From Halobacteria archaeon (GTDB taxonomy: Archaea > Methanobacteriota_B > Thermococci > Methanofastidiosales > NM3): 64,000 nt of DNA. The stretch is from NCBI GenBank assembly GCA_036733165.1, contig DAINBB010000004.1, positions 7,198 to 71,197 on the forward strand, read 5' to 3'. Shown piece after piece: positions 1-8,040 of this stretch. A program made the translations under genes and the position numbers. Positions within the stretch are counted from its first letter, which is position 1; every line of letters starts with the position of its first letter. The notes under the pieces were generated by a model, which was given only the letters and a program-made list of their open reading frames with translations, had not been told where the DNA came from and made no database searches.

Positions 1-55
1 AAAAAGAAAATTAAATAAATATCAGAAAGATGGTGATGATAGGGCATTAGCAATA

Positions 56-553
56 ATGGGTGCTCTAATTGTAGAAAATACTTTAGATGAACTTTTATCA
101 AAATGGATTAATAATTATAATATTCTCTATAAGAATAGAGATTTTTCTTTTTCTATGAAAATCGATTTGACATTAGCTATGAGAATAATACCAACTGAAT
201 TATTAACGGCAATAGATAATATAAGAAAAATAAGAAATGTATTTGCACATAATTTAGATGCCATTTCTTTCGAAGAGATAATTAGTAGCGATAATATAAG
301 TGAAAATGAAAAAAAACATCTAAAGAAAATAATTGATATTAATAAAGGATTATATGAAAAAGGTTTAGAAAATAAAAATATCACATCTTATAAAGATGCA
401 TATTATGATACTACAATAAGTATTTTATTAACTTTAACTATTTTTTCAGAACAATTGAGAGTTTTACATGAGTATCTATGGGAAAAAAACAATGCTGATA
501 AATTAATTGAAAAAATATGTAAGGAAACACGAAAACCTAAAAATTCGGAGTAA
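56..553 (+). CDS. HEPN-domain protein, DUF4145-like (Abi-like); hypothetical
   Basis: 165 aa ORF in a ~30% GC stretch. The motif 'IRKIRNVFAHNLD' fits the R-x4-H-N HEPN signature of DUF4145 (compare the typical '...R.lGN.aAH'). Wholly alpha-helical-looking sequence. Lies next to an integrase remnant and a tRNA. Confidence 0.45.
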   Translation: MGALIVENTLDELLSKWINNYNILYKNRDFSFSMKIDLTLAMRIIPTELLTAIDNIRKIRNVFAHNLDAISFEEIISSDNISENEKKHLKKIIDINKGLYEKGLENKNITSYKDAYYDTTISILLTLTIFSEQLRVLHEYLWEKNNADKLIEKICKETRKPKNSE

Positions 554-558
554 ATCTA

Positions 559-744
559 TCATATAATCCCTCTGTTTTTTTGTAGTAATATGGAGGGGTA
601 CACCATAGTGGATTGTATATCCCTATGCCTTAACCGTTTCTGAACTAAGGTAATATCTGCCCCGTTAAGTATCATATTCGTGGCCAATGTGTGCTTAATA
701 CGTGCGCTGTTACCTTCTTCTCCATCCGTGCCTTTCAGGCACAT
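559..744 (-). pseudogene. Tyrosine recombinase/integrase C-terminal fragment (remnant)
   Basis: The 61 aa ORF 'ARIKHTLATNMILNGADITLVQKRLRHRDIQSTMVY' matches box II of tyrosine recombinases (H-T-x-A-T ... L-R-H ... catalytic Y). A stop codon sits immediately upstream in the same frame, so the other ~250 aa of an integrase are absent. It lies between an AT-rich island and the 3' end of tRNA-Arg. Confidence 0.55.
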
Positions 745-869
745 TCCTTAACTATGAGATTAATTCTCTCATGTGATAAGGGCCTCTTATACATCGATAC
801 AATGACTTACATCAAACTAAGAGTTATTTGCTCCATAAAAGAAAATAAGCGTCGTGCTTGCGTTAAAGG

Positions 870-943
870 CGGACCCGGTGGGATTCGAACCCACGATCTA
901 CAGCTTAGGAGGCTGTCGCCCTATCCAGCTAGGCTACGGGCCC
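870..943 (-). tRNA. tRNA-Arg (anticodon CCU)
   Basis: The reverse complement folds as a cloverleaf: GGGCCCG acceptor stem (G3-U70), D loop AGCTGGATA, anticodon stem ACAGC/GCTGT with loop CUCCUAA, T arm GTGGG-TTCGAATC-CCCAC, discriminator G. CCA is not encoded. Confidence 0.85.
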
Positions 944-951
944 ACTATCCT

Positions 952-2814
952 TCAAACAGGTGTGGCATATAAAAATCTTTTCTTTTTCACACCGTTGATG
1001 ATTTTCTGACCCAAATCGCTGTTCTTCTCCACCCTGAGCATAGCCTTCTTGCCGAGCGTCGTTGTGAAAAGCTCCTCGTCCCCAAGGAAGAACGTCATCA
1101 TCTTGTTGGCATACCTGTAGTCCATCGAGAGGTTCACGTACTTCTTCAAGACCTTCGCACCGACAGGCACCTCGCTTTGGTATTCCTCGTCGGTCTTCAC
1201 GTCCAGCTTGAGGCCTAGACGCTGCTCTATCCTCGAGATGTTCTTTCCCTTCTTCCCGATTATGAGCGCCTTGTCCATCGGATCGACATATACGGAGGCC
1301 CTGTTGCTGCCGGTCACCTCAACCCTTACGTCTATGCCGGGCACCATCCTGAGGATTTCCTCCTCGATCGATTTCTGCGCAAGCACGTTCGCAGGGGAGC
1401 GCTTCTTGCTGCTGCCGACCTCCATGACGACCACCTGCTCGCCAAAGGTGTATATCTCATAGACAAGCTGATTGTCCAACTGGTTGTATACTTCTATCAC
1501 AGGCCTGGCGAGGTCTGCTTCGGCCATTCCCGAAGGGACCTTTACCTTGAACTGGAGCTTGAATATCTCGTTGACCTCGCCATCCCCTATATGTATGACG
1601 GTGTCTATCAACTGAGGTATTATGCCAAGCTCGATCCTGCCTATGAATCTCTGTATGGCATCGATGGTCCTGGATGCATGGACCACACCTATCATCCCAA
1701 CGCCCGCGAGGCGCAGGTCCGAGAAGACCTTGAAGTCATCGGTCTTCCTCATCTCATCGAATATCGTGTAATCTGGCCGGACCAAAAGCAGGATGTCGCC
1801 TGTCTTGGACATGTCGCCTGCCAGGGCCGTATACTGCGTTATCTCATCAGAAACTTGAAGGTCCCTTGGTTTTTCCATGGTCTTGACGATCCTTCCCATA
1901 TCGTTGTAATATTCCGCAATGGCCTGCACAAACGTGGACTTTCCCGCCCCCGGAGGCCCTGCCACCAGGATGCCTTCCGCCACTCCAAGCCGCTCCTTGA
2001 GGCTTGAGCTCAGCCTATAGTCGTCCAATGCCATTTTCCTGACAGGGTGAACGGCCGTTATCTCGAATCTGTCCGAGAAGGGCGGTTTAGTGATCGCTAT
2101 TCTGTAATCGACCAGTTGCACGACCGTGGCACCGGTCTCCTCCATTTCTATGAAACAGTCCCTGGTGTTCTTCGCCCTCTCCACAATGTCGTAGGATATC
2201 TCCTCAAGCTCGCTCTCATCAAGTGATGAGTCCCCCTTCAACAATTTCATGTCTCCGGGCCTGCCTTTCTTGTAGAGAGGCGGCAATCCCGCCTTCAGAT
2301 GGACCGACATGGTTGTCTCGTCGAAGAAGTCCTCGATCCGCATTGTGGTCTCCGAGAAGGGTTCTAGGTATATCGTGTCGATACCCTTTGACCTCGCTAT
2401 CTGGGACTGCACCCTGTCGCCCGTGATGAGTGTGGCATTGTTGTCGGAAGCGACATTTCTCACAAGGTCGTCTATTTCACCAAGATAAGCATACATTATC
2501 TCCCTGGGGTCTGGACGTTTGCCATAGTGCGAGAAGGGTATGGATGCTTGTTCGCATATGTTCTTGATCTTCATCAGTTCCCTAATCCCCGCCTCCCCGG
2601 AGGACTTGCCTGTATTTGCTTGATGTTCTATCTCCGCTATGACAGGCTCTGGCATTATTACCTCATCCACCGCGTTGGATTCCAGGAAAGTAGAGAATCT
2701 GCCGTCCAGTATCACAGAAGTGTCAGGGACTATAATCATCGTATATTCTTGAAATGACCTTTTTAAAAAACTATCTAATTGTGAAAGATAGTAATATATA
2801 ACAAATAACGACAT
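952..2814 (-). CDS. PIN-domain / PilT-PhoH-like P-loop ATPase / KH-domain protein (archaeal COG1855-type)
   Basis: N-terminal PIN fold ('MIIVPDTSVILDG...'), Walker A 'AGPPGAGKSTF', C-terminal KH motif 'LIIGKKGKNISRIEQRLGLKLDV'. The true start is probably the internal Met of 'MIIVPD', near 2739. Confidence 0.85.
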   Translation of the reverse strand: MSLFVIYYYLSQLDSFLKRSFQEYTMIIVPDTSVILDGRFSTFLESNAVDEVIMPEPVIAEIEHQANTGKSSGEAGIRELMKIKNICEQASIPFSHYGKRPDPREIMYAYLGEIDDLVRNVASDNNATLITGDRVQSQIARSKGIDTIYLEPFSETTMRIEDFFDETTMSVHLKAGLPPLYKKGRPGDMKLLKGDSSLDESELEEISYDIVERAKNTRDCFIEMEETGATVVQLVDYRIAITKPPFSDRFEITAVHPVRKMALDDYRLSSSLKERLGVAEGILVAGPPGAGKSTFVQAIAEYYNDMGRIVKTMEKPRDLQVSDEITQYTALAGDMSKTGDILLLVRPDYTIFDEMRKTDDFKVFSDLRLAGVGMIGVVHASRTIDAIQRFIGRIELGIIPQLIDTVIHIGDGEVNEIFKLQFKVKVPSGMAEADLARPVIEVYNQLDNQLVYEIYTFGEQVVVMEVGSSKKRSPANVLAQKSIEEEILRMVPGIDVRVEVTGSNRASVYVDPMDKALIIGKKGKNISRIEQRLGLKLDVKTDEEYQSEVPVGAKVLKKYVNLSMDYRYANKMMTFFLGDEELFTTTLGKKAMLRVEKNSDLGQKIINGVKKKRFLYATPV

Positions 2815-2822
2815 TAAATCTC

Positions 2823-3527
2823 GTGAAGGGAGAATGCCTCATAAAAATGGAAAATGTCAGCTATTCCACCAATGGAAAGGACATAGTTAGCGATGTTGAC
2901 CTCTGTTTCAGGAAAGGTAGGACATATGCCATAGTAGGGCCTTCCGGATCTGGAAAGACAACTATAATGATGTTAATCAACGGGTTGATAAGCCCCACGG
3001 AGGGCAAGGTATCCTATAACGGCACCCCTCTTGAGGAGATGGAGATGCCCCATTACAGATCGCAGGTCCCAATGTTGTTCCAAGAACCGTTATTGCTGCC
3101 GGGAGATGGCAGGAAGAACATCATGCTCCCCTTCACCTTGGAAACGAACGTTGGCAAGGTCCCAACGGAGGAGGAGATTCGGGAAAAGATGCGATCATGC
3201 GGATTGGACGAAACATATCTTGATAAGGAGATATCCACGTTCTCTGGCGGTGAGAAACAGAGGTTGAGCCTTGTAAGGACCATACTGTTGAGGCCCGAGG
3301 CCATGCTTCTGGACGAACCCACATCGGCCCTTGATTCAAAATCTGAAAAGGACATAATCAACGTCATAAGGACGATGGCCAAGGAAACCTTGATGATATA
3401 TGTGACCCACTCCTATCAATTAATAGGCGCTGCTGATGATATCATAGTCGTGAAAGGCGGCAGGATATCAACCATCACGGACAGATTGGACAAGTCACGG
3501 CTCAGGGAAATATTGGAGGAGGTATGA
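2823..3527 (+). CDS. ABC transporter ATP-binding protein (FetA/YbbL-like)
   Basis: Walker A 'GPSGSGKTT', ABC signature 'LSGGEKQR', Walker B 'LLDEPTSALD'. Overlaps the downstream permease by 4 nt. Confidence 0.85.
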   Translation: MKGECLIKMENVSYSTNGKDIVSDVDLCFRKGRTYAIVGPSGSGKTTIMMLINGLISPTEGKVSYNGTPLEEMEMPHYRSQVPMLFQEPLLLPGDGRKNIMLPFTLETNVGKVPTEEEIREKMRSCGLDETYLDKEISTFSGGEKQRLSLVRTILLRPEAMLLDEPTSALDSKSEKDIINVIRTMAKETLMIYVTHSYQLIGAADDIIVVKGGRISTITDRLDKSRLREILEEV

Positions 3528-4315
3528 TGACATCACAGATAGTCGACATCTCATTGCTTAGGATGATGGCGTCTTACGGATTCGTCCTGGTCGTCCTTGC
3601 CCTGATAAGATTGAAAAGGATAGGTCTTGGCAGGGACCTCGTGACCGCAGTGATACGCATGACCGTCCAGCTCATAGTCATGGCCTTCATCCTTGAGATG
3701 ATATTTGACATGAGCCTGTGGTATGTGGTCATAGCGATGGAGATGGCCATATTCATCCTCGCCTCAAGGATCGTGCTCAGCAGGGTAAAGGCAAAGACCA
3801 GGAATCTTTCGAGGAACATATTAATATCGCTCCTATTGGGGGCGGGCTCCATAATGGCCTTCTTCATAGTGATTATTGTGGGACCGGACCCTCTATACGA
3901 CCCAAGGTATGTGATTCCGCTCGGTGGCATGATAATCGGAAACTCGATGAACGCCTGCGCAATAGCGTTCGAGAGATTCCATTCCCTGATGAAAAAGGAC
4001 AGAAAACTGATCCTCACGCTTCTTTCGCTGGGCGCTACAAGCACCGAAGCGACCTCCTCGCAGTTCAAGGAGGCCCTCAAGGCCGCATTCCTCCCGATAC
4101 TGATTACTATGACGGCAACGGGCATGGTCATACTGCCTGGCATGATGACGGGCCAGATACTGTCCGGAACATCTCCGTTGACGGCTGTCAAGTACCAGAT
4201 AGCCATTATGATGGGCATCACATCGAGCAACGCACTGGTGGCGTATCTCATCCTCTACTTGGAGAACGGGGAGTTCTTCAACAACAAACACCAATTCCTT
4301 CTCTCCGCAGATTGA
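3524..4315 (+). CDS. Membrane permease partner of the ABC ATPase (UPF0014/FetB-YbbM-like)
   Basis: 263 aa polytopic membrane protein translationally coupled to the ABC ATPase. Size and hydrophobicity pattern fit YbbM/FetB-type permeases. Confidence 0.6.
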   Translation: MMTSQIVDISLLRMMASYGFVLVVLALIRLKRIGLGRDLVTAVIRMTVQLIVMAFILEMIFDMSLWYVVIAMEMAIFILASRIVLSRVKAKTRNLSRNILISLLLGAGSIMAFFIVIIVGPDPLYDPRYVIPLGGMIIGNSMNACAIAFERFHSLMKKDRKLILTLLSLGATSTEATSSQFKEALKAAFLPILITMTATGMVILPGMMTGQILSGTSPLTAVKYQIAIMMGITSSNALVAYLILYLENGEFFNNKHQFLLSAD

Positions 4316-4401
4316 AGACATCTCATGCCATTATAGATGGGAAAATAGAGATCAAACAGATATTGTGATTAAAAAGAATAAACTTATATTTTTCTAAAAT
4401 C

Positions 4402-4437
4402 TAAGGATTATAACCTATTTTGAAAAATAAGGATTAT
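4402..4437. promoter_or_regulatory. Direct repeat TAAGGATTAT x2 (26 bp spacing) upstream of the ATPase gene
   Basis: Two exact 10-mers 'taaggattat' at ~4402 and ~4428 in the AT-rich leader, 20-55 bp upstream of the 4458 start codon. Possible operator or promoter element. Confidence 0.25.
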
Positions 4438-4457
4438 CACACAAGGGGTAAAAGCTC

Positions 4458-6971
4458 ATGGAACTCCCACCTGAAAAACTTGGTTCATTCTACATCGGAT
4501 CAGAATATGATATTGAAAGCGATAAGCTTCTTGGCATCCCCATAAACTATGACTCCAGGGACCTTACAACCCACGCCATCTGTTTCGGGATGACGGGAAG
4601 TGGAAAGACGGGCCTCTGCATAGGAATTCTGGAAGAAGCGGCCTTGGACAAGGTTCCGGCAATAATAATAGATCCCAAGGGGGACATCACCAATCTGCTG
4701 TTACAGTTCCCAGATCTCAAGAGCCAGGACTTCAGGCCCTGGGTAAATCCGGACGATGCCAGAAGAAAGGGAATGGACATCGATGAATACGCAGAATATA
4801 CATCAAAGACATGGGAAAACGGCCTAAGGGAGTGGGGAATAGATCGAAAAAGAATAAGGGACCTAGGCCTGAGCGTCGACTTTAGCATCTATACCCCGGG
4901 TTCCGATGCCGGCAGGCAGATAAGCATACTCGGCGGGCTTGCGCCTCCAGAGATAGATTTTCAAGAAAATATGGAGAACGTGAGGGAACAGATCAATGGA
5001 ACTGTGGCGGCATTGTTGGGCCTTATCGGTCTGGATGCAGACCCTCTAAGAAGCAAGGAGATGATATTGCTCACAAACATATTCGAGCATTACTGGAGCA
5101 AGGGGGAGGGTTTGGACATCGCCAGGCTGATAACTTCCATCCAGTCGCCGCCGTTCAAAAAGCTGGGAGTGTTCGACCTTGATACATATTATCCGGAGAA
5201 AGAAAGATTCGAACTGGCAATGGCATTGAACAGCCTAGTGGCATCCCCCAGCTTTGGGGAATGGTTGAGGGGGGAGGAACTCGATATAGGCAAGATGCTC
5301 TATGATGATAACGGCAAGCCTAGGCACACCATCTTCTATCTTGCCCACCTCACCGATGAGGAAAGGATGTTCTTTGTTACATTACTTCTGGAGAACATAT
5401 TGACATGGGCAAGGAAACAGAGCGGCACTACGAGCCTGAGAGCCTTGCTTTACTTTGATGAGATATATGGTTTCATGCCCCCTGTCGCCAAACCACCTTC
5501 AAAGGCGCCATTGATGACCCTTGTGAAGCAGGCCCGAGCCTTTGGACTGGGATTGATGATGGTAACGCAGAACCCAGTTGACATCGATTACAAGGGGCTT
5601 ACGAACATAGGCACATGGTTCATAGGGAAGCTTCAGGCCAAAAGGGATAAGGAAAAGGTGTTGGAGGGTCTTAAGGGGACATTGTCGCCAAAAGACATGG
5701 AAAGGGGCGTTGATTACGAGAATATCATTGACAGACTGAAGAGCAGGGTGTTCCTGATGCACAACGTCCATGAGGACGGACCGGTCATCTTCAACACCAG
5801 ATGGGTTATGAGCTATCTGAGGGGGCCGCTGACCAGGCCACAGCTTAAGAATCTCCTGAAGATGAATGGCAAGGAAGTAACGGTCCCGAAAGACGTGGAT
5901 GTGGCCACACCACCCGTTATCGAAAAATGGGATACCACATCCTCGCTCTCATCAAGGCCCTCACTTTCCCCGGACATAGACCAGATATTCCTGCCGATAA
6001 ATGTGGGACGGGGATCGGCAATGGATACGGTATATGAAAGTGTTGGACAGGATACGGACATCAAGGGCGTCTACATCCATTATGCACCACATATCCTGGG
6101 GGAGGCCCAAGTCCGTTTCTTTGACAAGAAGCGCGATATCGATGACCTTACAGAGGTCGCCATGATGATAGGGCCCGGGGAGAAGACGGATCTTGTGGAC
6201 TGGGGCAAGGCGGAAGAGCTCTCCATCGGTCCGGACAATATATTGAGCGAGCCAGAACTGCAGGCGGCTGGGGGTAATGTCCTCTATTCCAATGTGCCTG
6301 ACAGTGTCAACGACCCAAGGGAGATAAAAGGCTTGGAGAAGGAATTGTCCAATTGGCTGTACTACAATAAAAGATCGCTGATAAAGGAGCACAAAGGTCT
6401 TGAGATTTTCCAAAAACATGATGAATCCGAGAGGGACTTCCTGGTAAGGCTCCACCAGGCCGCCAGAGAAAGAAGAGACAAAGAGGTAGACAAGCTCAAG
6501 GATAGCTACGAGAAGAAGATTGACAAGCTGTCACAGAAACTTGATGATCTTGAGCTGGACCTAGAGTCAGACAAGGCAGAGTATGAGGCAAGGAAAAGGG
6601 AAGAGATGGTCGGCATGGGGGAGTCGGCACTTAGCTTCTTCATGGGCAGGAAAAGGACCAGCGGCATATCCACCATAGCCAGGAAGAGGAGGCTGACGGC
6701 CAAGGCCGGCCAGGATATAAAGGAAACCACCCAGGATATCGAACAGGTGAAGAATGACCTCTCCAAGTTAGAGTCGGAGCTTGAGACCGCCGTGAAGGAT
6801 ATCACTAAGAGATGGGAGAATGTCGAAGAGGATATCACAGACCTCGAGATCAGGCCAAGGAAGTCGGATGTGGACATCAGGATGATGGCCATTGCATGGA
6901 AACCTTACTGGAAGATGGAGTACGAGACCCGAAATGGAAGCGCCGTGACAGAAGTTGGAGCATATAAATAA
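4458..6971 (+). CDS. DUF853/YjgR-like HerA-FtsK superfamily P-loop NTPase with C-terminal coiled-coil extension
   Basis: Walker A 'GMTGSGKTG' followed by 'IIIDPKGD', Walker B 'LLYFDEIYGF'. 'VTQNPVDIDYKGLTNIGTWFIGKLQA' aligns with E. coli YjgR '[26 protein letters not shown]'. About 250 aa of C-terminal charged heptad-like sequence ('DKEVDKLKDSYEKKIDKLSQKLDDLELDLESDKAEYE'). Confidence 0.7.
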   Translation: MELPPEKLGSFYIGSEYDIESDKLLGIPINYDSRDLTTHAICFGMTGSGKTGLCIGILEEAALDKVPAIIIDPKGDITNLLLQFPDLKSQDFRPWVNPDDARRKGMDIDEYAEYTSKTWENGLREWGIDRKRIRDLGLSVDFSIYTPGSDAGRQISILGGLAPPEIDFQENMENVREQINGTVAALLGLIGLDADPLRSKEMILLTNIFEHYWSKGEGLDIARLITSIQSPPFKKLGVFDLDTYYPEKERFELAMALNSLVASPSFGEWLRGEELDIGKMLYDDNGKPRHTIFYLAHLTDEERMFFVTLLLENILTWARKQSGTTSLRALLYFDEIYGFMPPVAKPPSKAPLMTLVKQARAFGLGLMMVTQNPVDIDYKGLTNIGTWFIGKLQAKRDKEKVLEGLKGTLSPKDMERGVDYENIIDRLKSRVFLMHNVHEDGPVIFNTRWVMSYLRGPLTRPQLKNLLKMNGKEVTVPKDVDVATPPVIEKWDTTSSLSSRPSLSPDIDQIFLPINVGRGSAMDTVYESVGQDTDIKGVYIHYAPHILGEAQVRFFDKKRDIDDLTEVAMMIGPGEKTDLVDWGKAEELSIGPDNILSEPELQAAGGNVLYSNVPDSVNDPREIKGLEKELSNWLYYNKRSLIKEHKGLEIFQKHDESERDFLVRLHQAARERRDKEVDKLKDSYEKKIDKLSQKLDDLELDLESDKAEYEARKREEMVGMGESALSFFMGRKRTSGISTIARKRRLTAKAGQDIKETTQDIEQVKNDLSKLESELETAVKDITKRWENVEEDITDLEIRPRKSDVDIRMMAIAWKPYWKMEYETRNGSAVTEVGAYK

Positions 6972-7082
6972 AGGGAAAAAGGTATCCATCATCGGGGGTC
7001 CTCTTGATGTATGGGCCTCGATGTTTACATTTATATCAAGATAAATTATTGCTTACATAAATGTTAATTAAAAATATATGGT

Positions 7083-7105
7083 GGGATAAAAAAAGAAAAT
7101 ATCCC
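7083..7105. terminator. Hairpin (GGGATA-11 nt A-rich loop-TATCCC) between convergent genes
   Basis: Inverted repeat gggata/tatccc directly 3' of mscL (minus) and ~110 nt 3' of the ATPase gene (plus), in an AT/T-rich context. Confidence 0.3.
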
Positions 7106-7109
7106 ATGC

Positions 7110-7481
7110 TTATTCGATATTGAATCTCTTGGCTGCCTTGATGATGCCGAAAATGACAAGCATGATCACAAGGAATGTGAGAACTGCACCAAAGAAATGG
7201 CCTATCCTGAAAGGACCGAGCATGATAGCCTCCCAGCTTGAGGCATCGGGCACGACGTATTCCAGAAGCGGCATGATAAAATCATTTACGAGCGCTTGCA
7301 CAAGAGCCCCAAGATACATTGCTATGATAAAGGCCACGGCAAGACCCAGCAGCTTGTACTTCCTAATGAATTCCATAAACTCTTCCTGTATGCCCTTGGG
7401 CCCAGCTGGGGGAGCTGGCGGCTTGGGTGTCAGAAGTTCTCTAATCTGTTTTAATTCTTCAAGCATTTCCTCTTCTCGCAT
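7110..7481 (-). CDS. mscL: Large-conductance mechanosensitive channel MscL-like
   Basis: 'EFMEFIRKYKLLGLAVAFIIAMYLGALVQALVNDFIMPLL' aligns with the MscL TM1 core ('[40 protein letters not shown]'). Second TM plus short tail. Unusual N-terminal charged/Pro-rich 35 aa. Confidence 0.7.
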   Translation of the reverse strand: MREEEMLEELKQIRELLTPKPPAPPAGPKGIQEEFMEFIRKYKLLGLAVAFIIAMYLGALVQALVNDFIMPLLEYVVPDASSWEAIMLGPFRIGHFFGAVLTFLVIMLVIFGIIKAAKRFNIE

Positions 7482-7636
7482 TTGAAAACACCCCTAATCA
7501 AAGGATGGATGGGTATTGAATATTAACATTACTAAAAGAACCTTTCGATGTGGCGGAGATAGTATTATCATTTCCCAATATTAATTCTTAAGAGAGATTT
7601 ATATAATATAAATAGGAATTATAATTAGGGATCATT

Positions 7637-7819
7637 ATGGGAGGCAAGTTCGAATACTACAAGGACAAAGCGGGAAAGTACCGCTTCAGGTTGAAGGCCT
7701 CAAACGGCCAGGTTATTGCATCGGGAGAGGGATACAACTCCAAGGATGCATGCATCAACGGCATGGAGAGCGTCAAGAAGAACGCTCCCGATGCGCCAAT
7801 GGTGGAAGTTGAGGGATAG
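7637..7819 (+). CDS. DUF1508 (YegP-like) domain protein
   Basis: 60 aa: 'FEYYKDKAGKYRFRLKASNGQVIASGEGYNSKDACINGMESVKKNA' is the canonical YegP/UPF0339 repeat. Confidence 0.75.
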   Translation: MGGKFEYYKDKAGKYRFRLKASNGQVIASGEGYNSKDACINGMESVKKNAPDAPMVEVEG

Positions 7820-8040
7820 ATTCCCTCTTTTTCTATTTTGTCTTTAGAGTGTTTTTGATATCCGTTGGTAATCTAGAACCATTCAATACCAGAGCGATCC
7901 ATCTTGTCAAGATCCATGTTCCTATTTCCTCACATTTAAAATTCGGAGTTCAGGCGACAGGCCTTACTTGCACGAAAAATAAACATAAATATTATAAATG
8001 AATTTTCAAATGCCTATAATCAATATAGCATGGTGATAAC

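Noticed and set aside
691-972. 93-aa plus-strand ORF spanning the tRNA-Arg(CCU) locus
   Set aside because: It runs across a tRNA gene on the opposite strand and across the integrase remnant. No motifs. The same reasoning applies to ORF 53976-54218, which lies inside tRNA-Arg(GCG).
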